NCBI GenBank assembly: GCA_011109175.1
Contig: RDEW01000024.1
Location: forward strand, 62,001 to 126,000
Direction of reading: 5' to 3'
Length of the DNA stretch: 64,000 nucleotides
DNA from: Dicyema japonicum
Taxonomy: Eukaryota > Animalia > Dicyemida
The notes under the pieces were generated by a model. It was not told the DNA's origin. It worked only from the letters and a program-made list of their open reading frames with translations, and ran no database searches. Made by a program: the position numbers and the translations under genes. Shown here in pieces: positions 1 to 10,173 of this stretch; the stretch's first letter is position 1, and every line of letters begins with the position of its first letter.

Positions 1-651
1 TATCAAATGAATCGATGCAAACGATAACACTATATTATTATATTAAAAAAACTCATTTAAATAAACAAATTGGAATAACTTTAAAAATTTGAATAACATA
101 TTCCTCTAGGAAAATCTAGATTAATTACAAAAAAACTACATTTCGAAAAGCATTGATAAATTTTCCGCAAATTCGATCGATATAAATTGAGGGAATCACA
201 TTCATAAAATATCTATAAATTTAAAAAATATATATAACATTCCTTAATGGTGGGTGGGAACGTTTGGTTGTCTACAGATTTTAAACTTTCATCATAAAAC
301 CACATCGACTATGAATATTTAATAATAATTACAAAGCATCTAACTCCATTCCTATTAATGAAAAGTTGACATCAGGTTCAAATTTAATATTTTCAACGAA
401 TAATGCAACTACTTTAAAATCAGGTAGGCCAGTTATCGAATATGTACAATTAATCCAATATCTTAATAAATTATATTTAATACAGAGTTCTACTTACTGT
501 TAATTCGTTTTTTCATATATTCTGTGATGTTAATATATCGAATGACAAGTTTAACACAAGAAAAGTGAACATCTATGAGATTAAATACCAAAATAATGAA
601 TATACGATAACCACAAGAAATAAAAATTACTACATGAAATACAGTCGTCAT
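1..651 (-). pseudogene. Unknown gene with hydrophobic N-terminus and tiny introns (paralog starts at 25193, minus strand)
   Basis: ATG at 651 after an AT-rich leader gives MTTVFHVVIFISCGYRIFIILVFNLIDV; candidate intron gtattaaatataatttattaag is conserved in both copies; frames are disrupted. Confidence 0.4.
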
Positions 652-747
652 AATTAATTATAATTTTATTAAATAAAGAGTTGGATTAAATAAATAAAAT
701 TAAAAAATAATTTAATTAAATTCACACAATTTACATGGTTTTCCGAT

Positions 748-890
748 TTGTTTAATAATTTTACCATAAAATTTAATAAATTTGTCAAAAATGTCTAATA
801 ACTTTGCCTTAATGTTTAGTAACCTTATCAAAAAGTTTAAAAATTGTGTCAAAATGTTTAATACCTTTTGAATAATGTTTAATTACAGGT
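748..890 (+). repeat. Degenerate 21-bp tandem repeat (~6-7 units); second copy at ~25288-25425
   Basis: Units resemble aatgtttaataactttgtcaa, a heptad like MFNNFVK. Confidence 0.7.
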
Positions 891-977
891 TAATTTGCGC
901 AAAAATTAAATTTTAAGTGAATCTGAAGAGAGGCTACACACATTGACACTTCAGAAGTTGACTCACAATAACCAATC

Positions 978-1075
978 CTTTGTTGTCTATCTGGAAGCTG
1001 CTCTTCGTAATTGAGAGCTAAATTGTCCTACTTCTATCTAGGAATTATGATATGCGGATGACCTGGATTTTGGTT
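978..1075 (+). mobile_element. Internal RTE reverse transcriptase fragment
   Basis: FVVYLEAALR and YADDLDF motifs match the 5184-6575 RT. Confidence 0.75.
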
Positions 1076-1774
1076 TTGAAGTATGATATCTATTCTTTTT
1101 CTAACAAGAGTACTGCAGGGTAAATGAAATTATTTTTTTCAGACAAGAGTACTGCAAGTTAATTAAATTGGTCTAATTCTGAAGAATTAGACGTGAAGTC
1201 ATCACAAAGCAGTCTGAAGTAGTTAGCCTGAGAATGATAAGAGAATCTTTTGCCTTCTTTATAATCAAGTAACGAATGACCAACATTCGCTCTTTCGATT
1301 TGATTTTATGTGAAATATTAAAAAATCGAATAAGGTAATCGTTTGATGACAAAATAACTTTTTTGTGCGATTTTGGCAAATTTGTGCGATCAGGACTAAA
1401 AGCTTTTCAACCTCCGATGTTCTTTTCTACTTGATAGTAAAAAATAGGTCATATTTCTCATTGACAGTAAAATTAGGTCAACCGTTAAAGTAATTTTAAA
1501 TATACATTTGATGACAATAGATGCTATTAGTACTCTTACTATTATTCGCAACCAAATGTGGATGCAATTGTTTATTCTGACCTTGCACCCTTTTCTTATT
1601 TCTTGATTCGTGGACTTATAGGAGGACATTCTCTTAATCATCTAAATGACCAAATTAATTTGAAATCACATTAAGATATGTTTTTGAAAATTTGAAAAAG
1701 AAAGAGTTCCTTTAACGCAATATGATGCTAGAAAATCAGCTTCAAGACGACTAGAAATTATTCAACAATTGTTT

Positions 1775-2200
1775 GGTTGAATGTTTATCCATGTGGTAAA
1801 ATTGGCAACTTTCTGACGACGAGGCAATGAGAATAGCTGTCTCGCTCCGTCTTGACCTTAATTTTGTGTTAAATGAAAATGCACTTGTGGATGCTGGATC
1901 GATGGTTATCATCCTTTAAGCTGATTTATTGCTGTTCCCCGACATGAAGTCACTACTTGACATTAAAAAATGCACTTTCTCTGCTGGCCACACTAGTTTT
2001 TTTGCGATGGCAACGCCCCGAAGGGGTAACAATAATCCCATTCGCTAATGGTCGAACCATGGCTTGGGGCGAACACGTGTTAAAAATATTCTCCAACAAA
2101 TATGGCTGATATTTAGTTTATGACGATGAGGATCATTAATATAGCCTAGGATCTAGCGGGACTGATTATCTTGTATGGTAAAATACCTGGCCATTAAAGT
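1775..2200 (+). mobile_element. CRE-like non-LTR element, RLE-region relic (also ~26320-26750)
   Basis: DEAMRIAVSLRL, CTCG, RH, DGxRPEGVTIIPFANGRTMAW; homologous to 45899-46348. Confidence 0.75.
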
Positions 2201-2719
2201 CGCTCAATCTTTTATCTCGTAAACTTGATGCTTTCAGTTAATCTATACGTACAGGGAAAAAACTGAGGAATGTGACCTATTCTATGGACAGCTTTTTTGG
2301 CCGAATTTCATCCAAGATTGCTGTCAACTTGTGATCGAAAACATTCAACCAATTTGTATCCTTCACAGTTGAGTTTCGGTCAATCGCGACTGTTGCAGGG
2401 AAACATGTTAAAGATAATTTTCAAGCTGCATCGTTTTCGAAAATTAGGACGGACTCAACTTTTTTGATTTACACAATGCCTTTAATTTGTTCAGAAATAA
2501 TAATTTTTTTGAATCTAGTATTTGTACCCAACTCAGATCGTCAAAACGTAAATTCAATAGTGACTCGACTCTTTGCCTTAGCGTCTGATCCAAGCATAGT
2601 AGAAAATCTCGATGTCCAATGCACGGGGAAACTCCGCAGAGCGTATAGCAATTTCGGTTATCATAAGCTTCTATTAATATTTTATGTCACAGTCTTTTTA
2701 ATTAATCAGCTGATTATTA

Positions 2720-3610
2720 TTATTCATTAACCCGAGACCACAGAGAAAGAAAGACAAAAGAATTGTCAACTATTTAGGTGATCCCAGATCCCGGATGCAA
2801 ACGTGCCATCCAAAGCGTATGCGTCTCCATTGTTCCCACTGCAAACAGAAGAGTCTTCATTGATTATTGCAGAGGAACCGATTGGCGACGGAAATTTCTT
2901 TGCCAACCGATTTTCTTTTGCATGAAACAGTGAGAAACCGAGTAGGTGTTCATCTTCCTCGCAAATGCAGAGAAATCCGGATCCACATGGATGAGTTGTA
3001 GATTCCGTCAGCATTGGAGGTATTTTTGTTCAACATTGTGGTCCCAGCATACGTATAGTTTTTCTCTGCTCTAAGTTTAGTTATTGGATAGTGGCCTCTG
3101 ATATCGCTATTTCCATGCAACAGAGACATATCCATTGCCGGTGCGATTATTATTATAAGCAACATGCGTAAAATCATAATAGTAATAATTTCACTCGTGC
3201 AGCATTCGAAACAATCTTCCGAACCAAGTTCTTCCAAACTCTTCGATCGCAAAACATTTTCTTCAACTCGTCCCACTTATAGACTTTTTTTCACAAGCTT
3301 TAGATCTACATCGAGTTTTTCTGTAAGTGTACGGAAACACGGTCCCTGTGTGATTGAATGACGATATATAATTCCGATTGCTTTATTTATATTTACTGGA
3401 GTCTCTAGATAAGATCCCGTGTGACATTTATTTTCTCCACTCCATTGGTGAGGACTTGTTTAGCATAGTAGGTAAGCTCCTGTCAAAGTCATTTCCATGA
3501 TAAAGAGTTTTTCTTTGACAGGTATCCGAGTATGTCTGGTGAAATTCTGGTCTTTTTTTGGACCGACGGTCGGAGGTGAATAGAGTGCATGTTGATTTTG
3601 GAGCCGATAC
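2720..3610 (-). mobile_element. APE-RT-CCHC LINE 3' part with a nested RTE 3' end (~3140-3330)
   Basis: APKSTCTLFTSDRR thumb region, C-terminal CICEEDEH, family 3' UTR and (TAA)n tail at 2712-2735; the RTE piece has its own tail ttgcttataataataat. Confidence 0.8.
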
Positions 3611-3799
3611 CGAGTGATGGTTAGCTATCAACCTATCATGGACACAATCCACTTTCTTCCGTGCGAGTGAGACTGCTTCTGACGTCGAACTACTTCTTGT
3701 TGCAATGATAAAAAACAAATTATTATTTTTACTATCTTAAAAGATTAATTCTAATTAAAATGTTCTCTATCCAATTCGATTTCTCTTCGAGCAACTATG

Positions 3800-4460
3800 G
3801 GAGTAAACCCAATTGTCACAGTCTTTTTCCATTTCCTCAATATTTATAGACATCACTTCGCTCATACTCTTTCTTGAATTTCTTAATAACTAGACCGAGA
3901 GTAATATCCTTTACCCCTTCATTTAGTTATCATAACGCCGTGAAACGTCGACTTCGTCCATATATGATACAATCATGCTCTCCAAAGTCTTCTTGATTAC
4001 CAGCGATTCAACATGCATACTTTCATTCACTTATATTCAAAGATCTGGCATACTTTCTAGAATGTGAAGTCACTAGGCCATCCCAAGCGAGTACAATCGG
4101 GACAATCTTGACCTCTGGGTGATGTATCAACTCAAGCACTTAGGAAAGAACGTCATACTTCCTCAGCTTTTTGCATTCCACCTGCTGTAGATTTTGGAAT
4201 GATGTTATTCTCTACTTCGACCAAGATAATATGTTTCTCTTTTATCATAAATGAATAGGTCTGGCATGTTATGCTCAATAATTATATCCGATTTGATAAA
4301 GTGTCAACTGAGTCAATCATTTCAATGGATTGCACTGAATGAGTCTTCAGTTTCTAATCGTTTTTAAGACCAAACTCACTGCAAAAGTGGAAATGTGAAC
4401 ACCTCACGACTTCGTTATGTCTTCCAACATAATTACCATGCAACATCTTTTTACAAATAT
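3800..4460 (-). mobile_element. R2/NeSL-group (RLE) non-LTR retrotransposon, 3' relic
   Basis: MLHGNYVGRHNEVVRC, HNMPDLFIYDK, KKLRKYD, IVPIVLAWDGLVT. Confidence 0.85.
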
Positions 4461-4619
4461 AAATTTAATTTATAAAAAAATAATGTATTGCATGGAATAA
4501 CGTGATAGTTTGGTTTTCCCAGTGGTCCTGGGTTGTAAAATAAATAATAAATAACCATGATAAAGGCCTAGTTGTGTTGTGTTCTAAAATGTATCTATTT
4601 GATAAAAAATTTTTCCCAT

Positions 4620-6610
4620 TTCTAGTGGCAGACCCACCTTACTCAAAAGGTTCTATATTTTCATAATACCAGGAGAGGATAAATGTACTTAGATATGGGT
4701 TACGGCACGTGTCTGGACTACGGAATTAGCTAGTTTTGCTATATTCTCATCTTTGGAGGCATAAAGGAGACCAAACAAAAATCAGACGTCTAAGAAAGAT
4801 AAAATCAGAAACCAGGAATACAGACTAGTTATATGAGGAACTTCGGCAACAACGAAACCGAACATTATTAAAAATCAAGCAAACTCAGAAATCCCTATCG
4901 GCTAAAGAAATAGAAAAACAAATTGAAGACATTGAAAAATATAAAGATGGAGTTAAAATGTTCAAAGCTATTCAATTAATAAGAAAAAGAGTGCAAGCCC
5001 CATAATAATCAATGACATCCTTGGCAGAATAATTATCAATGAAAAGGACAAAGCAGCTACTATATCTGCTTATTACTATCATATGCTCAACTGGGACAAC
5101 GAAATAGGCTATAAATTTGGTGCACAAGTCAAGCATGGTTTGGACATCCCAATTAATACACAAGAAACACTGGGTATGCCCCAGTGAAGTTGGTAACAAT
5201 CATTACCAATATACTCAACAAAATATTTGAAGAAAACACTACGTTAGACATTGGCAAGGGTTGGTTAATTCCACTGCAAAAACCGGGAAAACCCAAAGGG
5301 CCCCTTTCCAACCTAAGACCAATCATCCTACTAACTACGCTGCGAAAAATCTTGTCAATCATTACATTGGAAAGAATCAAAGACAAGGTGGAGTATTTTC
5401 TGTCACCAGGACAAAGTGGTTTCCGGTCAGGCAGATCCACTGCCGATGTCATTTGGACACACAGATGGTCAAGTGCTCTATGCCAAAAATATAAAAAGTG
5501 CATAGATGTTCTCGGAATAGACATGTCCAGAGCGTTTGACTCAGTTCATAGAGGCAAACTTCTTGAAGTACTCACAAGCTTCCTAACAACGGATGATGTC
5601 AAAATTATACAAAAACTACTGCAGAATACGCAACTAGCAACCAAACTCGGAAAAACTACTTCAGAATTCTTTTATACTTCACGTGGAATTCCGCAAGGAG
5701 ACTCTTTGTCACCAGTTCTATTCATAATCTACCTGGAGGCTGCACTGAGAGATTTCAGGCCTTTAATTGAGAACAACAAAATAATCGAGTTAATATATGC
5801 AGACGATCTTGACTTTGTTTCTGAAGATGTTGAAATTCTTCATCACGTTCTCAAGAACTTACCAAATGCCTTTTCTAAATGGTTCTTAGTTGTCAACCAA
5901 GACAAAACTGAATATACAAAACTTGTACGAGTTGTACGCACTTACGATGAATCATGGAGAAGGCATAAAAAAGTTGGTTCACTACTTGGAGACTCAGAAG
6001 ATGTTACCCACAGAAAAATCCTTTCCACTGCTGCATATAAAAAATTCTTAACTATCTGGCGTTCTAAGAAGAGCATAACTACGAATACAAAGCTAAAATT
6101 GTATAAAACATTCGTGGTTCCAGTCCTGACATACAACTGTGGGACATGGGGGATTACGAAACGGGAAATGGACAATCTGGATCAATTTCATAGAAATCAA
6201 CTAAGAAACATCTTGAAAATACATTTCCCGAAAAAGATATCAAATTCAGCACTGTACAAAAGATGTGGCTTAGAGCCATTATCAGAGGAGATTCTCAAGG
6301 CTAAGTGGAGACTTTTTGTTCACATCTTACGAATGGATATGTTGACTCCACCAAACATTGCAATGGAGAACTATTTCGCACAACTGAAGGGATTATTCCG
6401 TGGCAGACCTAGAGTGACTTTGCGTTCAGTACTAAATGATGACCTAATCCGAATAAACAAAACTCTACGAAATTGTGAAGATCTTGACTCACTACGAGCA
6501 ATGGCCCGGAACAGGAGAACATGGAAGAGAATGTGTGGGAGGATGCTGGACGTGGCACAAGGGGAACTTAATTAATATAATTAATTTTTGATTTCCCGGG
6601 AGTGCTTAAA
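4620..6610 (+). mobile_element. RTE-clade LINE, internally deleted (APE mostly absent)
   Basis: Linker remnants followed by an intact RT ORF. Confidence 0.85.
5184..6575 (+). CDS. RTE-type reverse transcriptase (463-aa open frame)
   Basis: LRPIILL, QSGFRSGRST, IDMSRAFDSV, GIPQGDSLSP, YADD, RGRPR..W C-terminus typical of RTE. Confidence 0.95.
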   Translation: MKLVTIITNILNKIFEENTTLDIGKGWLIPLQKPGKPKGPLSNLRPIILLTTLRKILSIITLERIKDKVEYFLSPGQSGFRSGRSTADVIWTHRWSSALCQKYKKCIDVLGIDMSRAFDSVHRGKLLEVLTSFLTTDDVKIIQKLLQNTQLATKLGKTTSEFFYTSRGIPQGDSLSPVLFIIYLEAALRDFRPLIENNKIIELIYADDLDFVSEDVEILHHVLKNLPNAFSKWFLVVNQDKTEYTKLVRVVRTYDESWRRHKKVGSLLGDSEDVTHRKILSTAAYKKFLTIWRSKKSITTNTKLKLYKTFVVPVLTYNCGTWGITKREMDNLDQFHRNQLRNILKIHFPKKISNSALYKRCGLEPLSEEILKAKWRLFVHILRMDMLTPPNIAMENYFAQLKGLFRGRPRVTLRSVLNDDLIRINKTLRNCEDLDSLRAMARNRRTWKRMCGRMLDVAQGELN

Positions 6611-7984
6611 AAAAATTTGTCGTCCATGATTCTTTTCAAGGCTCACATTACGAAAAGAAACTTTAGGGTAAATATGAGTTAGTGAATTATTATTTAGTAT
6701 CGTGGTGTTTTCAAAAACCTGTTTTGCTCCTCGTTTCATTCCTCCGTCTACATTAATTGAAATTCGTTGGGATTTGAATCTAATGGCGATCTTCTCAAGT
6801 CAAGAAACTACACTAAGTTAAACATGATCCCAAGGTGGCTCATCATGAATGGAACCCCATAAAAGGCGACCTACGCGTTTGAATACGATGTCGCTTAAAC
6901 TGGATGAAAACTAACAACCTACACTTCAGGTCATAATCTCATCTCTCTAGTCTTCCACCAGAGAATATATAACATCATCCAACATCTTGTTGTCCTGAAT
7001 GATCTCATGTACGATCTCATTAAAATAAAAATACCATTTAATTTGGAGACCTACTAGTTAGACATCATTTGCATTTACGTATCAATTTAAAAAAATCCTC
7101 TCTCAGAATTCTATTAAGGTATGACAGCAGCTGGGAAGGCCAAGATATTGAAGTATCTAGTCTGCAAAGCAGCTGGGAAGGCTACTTTAAAAATGTGTAG
7201 TTTATTCCTCTCTTTATAAAAACTCTACACCTCTTTGAGTTTTAAAAGCTCAGAAGTCTAAAATCAGCTATTTCGTTGCGGCAATCACCGTGGCAGTCAT
7301 CAGAGGGAGTAGACACAGTTCGACTGCTATTATACAACTTTAATGTTTTGTCATAGCTTATGAAATTATTATTATTTAAGCCAAAGAAACACTGTCTTAA
7401 CAACTAACTAATGTTCAGATGATCCCGGCATTTCTCAATAATCTTTTCTCGATTCTCCGACCGTGACCACACACAAATCACATAATTTATTGTTCTTGTC
7501 AGTTTTTAAAATGTCTAATAAGAGTCTTCAAAAAATCTCTATTCATGTTTATTACCGAACCAGTCAATTTTCCGGCTTCCTAGCTTAGTGACCTCTGAAG
7601 AGATCAATGCCTCAGTATTTCACTATAAATCATGTCAGATGAAAGTTTGAATATTAGTCTATTAGGAAAATTTATAATCGATTATTGTTACCACATTCTG
7701 GAATCATGATGAAATTATTTTTTTCTGATTTGATACTCAAAATGTCATTTAGATTTTATTTAAGTGTCGACTTCGATCCCTTTCTTTGTGGTTCATATCA
7801 TTATTTTAATGGCAAAAAAAATGATTTATGCCTAAATAATGAGATCGAAAATCATTTTTGTGCTTTTCCTGTTGATCGCATGGAATTCTTCGCTCTGAAG
7901 CCACCTATTAGTCGAATCTGCGAATTTATGAAAAGATCACGAAGGATTATTATTCTAAAATCATATACTGGACTCAGCACTTCA

Positions 7985-9340
7985 ATAATTTACTAATTTA
8001 TAATACAGGCTAGCTTTACAGTCCACCTTGTTCAAAGAATATTACCTATGGGAGGGGGGGGGAATTATACTTTTAAATAAATTTATCAAACTGAGTTGTA
8101 TCAGCAATGTTAATTATCTGCCTTATTTTTTGTCCGTTTAGGATATAGAGGGGATTATGTCGAAAATGCCAGCATTTCTGTGTCTAGCAAAACTTGATTC
8201 GAAGGAGATGTTTATCGTTCAAATAATGTTATAATTATTCTACGATGTGAAGGATTGTATTTTTCGCAAGATGGAGACAATAATAAACTTTCTCGATAAG
8301 ACGAGGAGGATGGACCATCGTAAATGAATTAAAGAAACACTGGAAATTAGAAATCGCTGACCAACTTACTAAGGAGTGCCGTAGTTGGACGGATCAAGGG
8401 GTTCTTCTAGGAACCAGAGTGAATGGCATTCCATTCAGACGAGAATTTGGATCTAGAGGTGGTAAAATTTAGAAAGCATCCAGGCTTCACGGCAGAACGT
8501 AATACCCATTAATTAAACGTAATCCCCATAATTTCAATACGACCTGGTCACTTATTAAAATGTTTTGTTATATGTTAGTAGCAAGCCTAAAAAAATATTA
8601 AGAATTAATACTCTAAACAGTAATTTCCATATTTTACCTTATCATATTATCAAAGTTCTGATATTTTTGTGACAGACTAAATTATCCTACGTGTCCTAGT
8701 TCTTTTTATATTTCTATGCCTTTTGAGTCTGGCATATCGACCATCCACACGAAATGCAAAAAGTTAAAAATTTATCTTAATTAAAGTAGCATTTATTTAT
8801 TTAATAACGTCAAATATGCCAGTAACATAGCAACGGATCAAAAAAAAGAAAGGCGATGTTAATTAGATTGTTAACTTTCATGTTGCACATGCTTTGTCAT
8901 GATCTTGGCATCGCGTTAGTGTCCTAATAATAATAATGCCAGTAAGCATGAGACACAATTTCTTTAAGCGCATACCCATTACCTATTGTAGGAATCCTTT
9001 AACTGAAGCAAGGAGGAATTCTTTTTGGATGTCGTTGATACATCTCTTGAGTTAAGTGGATCCCATGATGTCTTTATGAATTTAAGAAAGCCTAGAGCAG
9101 AAAGCTATATGTTAACTTAATAATGTGAACCACAAAATCTTGTACGATTATGAATAGCAATTATTATTAATCCAAGACCGCTGTAAAGACCTAGAACTAT
9201 TTGAACCTAACAAGTTGAAACATGCCATCAGCTTGGCACGATGTCCCCCTCTTGAACCCATACGAACACGTAGTGGACTGAGAACTAAGTATTGCAGACT
9301 CCAAAACGCCGTGCTAGGTATTGGAAATCAACAGAACATT
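7985..9340 (+). repeat. Dispersed repeat family of unknown nature, copy 1 (others ~33890-34680 and ~42240-42700)
   Basis: Shared blocks ctttacagtccacc, aatttatcaaactga, gtccgttt, gatgtgaagga, gaactatttgaacc. Confidence 0.85.
8826..8935 (+). mobile_element. 110-bp 5'-truncated RTE insertion with 10-bp TSD
   Basis: Matches RTE 3' end at 17890-17995; TSD atgccagtaa at 8816-8825 and 8936-8945; empty site visible in the paralog at ~34500-34525. Confidence 0.9.
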
Positions 9341-9456
9341 TTCAGGAAGTGAACAAGATCCTGTAGCTTCAGTTGCAAGTTGTTCATTCTTTGATAAGCT
9401 TCACGACATACTGGAATTTAAACAGGCAAAGGGATTATCCAGACTTGACTTCCTTA

Positions 9457-9630
9457 TCATCGGAACATGACTTTGGTGCCAGTTTCAAAATCTTCACTAA
9501 GAGTAATATTTCGGTATCTGACCTCACTATAGTGGATGACATCATCTGGTAGATTAGTTTGAGACCCAAATATTAGCTTATTGTTGTTTGTTGATCTCCT
9601 GCTTCCAATATAGACTATCCCGTTTTCAGA
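9457..9630 (-). pseudogene. Possible cadherin-repeat fragment
   Basis: ENGIVYI...YRNITLSEDFETGTKVMF resembles the cadherin YxxxVxEdxxxGTxV motif. Confidence 0.3.
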
Positions 9631-9870
9631 AATGACCTTCCCGCCATTGACCGCGATGATATTTCGGTGGAAAAATTTAGACTCGTCAATATCCACGACT
9701 TTTGCTTATTATTTCTTACTGTGGAATTATGGTTTTTCTAGCAGCTCGCACCATGTTATTCAAATTTATTCAAATATAAAAACGAAAGTTTGTTGGGACA
9801 AATTTATAAAAAAAAGAATTTCTCGAGACAATTTTGCATCTATCTTCGATTAGGAAATCATTTCCATCCA
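9630..9870 (-). mobile_element. Merlin/IS1016 (ISXO2-like) transposase fragment
   Basis: VDIDESKFFHR, then frameshifted YHRGQWREGH. Confidence 0.85.
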
Positions 9871-9992
9871 TTTTTAAAATCAAATTAGGATCCACCACCA
9901 AAATATAAATTTCGAAATATTTTAATTTATTTAAATAAATTAATAATTTTTAAAATTATCGTGAATATTTTTTTTTTTTTTTGATAATTTAG

Positions 9993-10061
9993 CGTGCGTC
10001 ATGTTGTTCAACGTTTATGGTGCCGTCGGATATAGTCCTAAACTATATCTAAAAAGAACCA
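9993..10061 (+). ncRNA. Pseudoknot motif copy A in LINE 5' leader (degenerate)
   Basis: Aligns to 40128-40188; hairpin GATATAG/CTATATC followed by TAAAAAGAACCA. Confidence 0.5.
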
Positions 10062-10126
10062 TTTGCTCTCTACCAACCAGAGGACTTCCCACTGGACGGC
10101 ATTCTCTCACTGTTGGAACATTCCAT

Positions 10127-10173
10127 CGATTGAGACTGTTGACCTCAGGAGACGTGGAATAAAATCAGGCCCA
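10127..10173 (+). other. 2A/StopGo-like peptide relic upstream of the APE domain
   Basis: RLRLLTSGDVE*N[P]GP-KKLTIQSFN; needs one stop and one 1-nt deletion repaired; matches D(V/I)ExNPGP. Confidence 0.75.

Larger units (their letters stand above)
1..2240 (+). repeat. Segmental duplication copy A (direct repeat of ~24590-26870)
   Basis: Colinear alignment by eye, e.g. 641 acagtcgtcataattaattataattttattaaataaa = 25183; 931 aggctacacacattgacacttcagaag = 25470; 2207 atcttttatctcgtaaacttgatgc ~ 26840. Confidence 0.95.

Noticed and set aside
1340-1400. Protein kinase (LCDFG)
   Set aside because: No HRD, VAIK or APE motifs nearby
5153-6175. Antisense and alternate-frame ORFs over the RT gene, and similar short ORF-track calls
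   Set aside because: Shadow ORFs of TE coding sequence, many using bacterial-type TTG/GTG starts
6660-7040. MULE transposase relic on the minus strand
   Set aside because: One weak motif (VDGGMKRGAKQVF) and no TIRs found
7127-7182. 14-bp direct repeat gcagctgggaaggc flanking 28 bp
   Set aside because: Single small duplication with no other support
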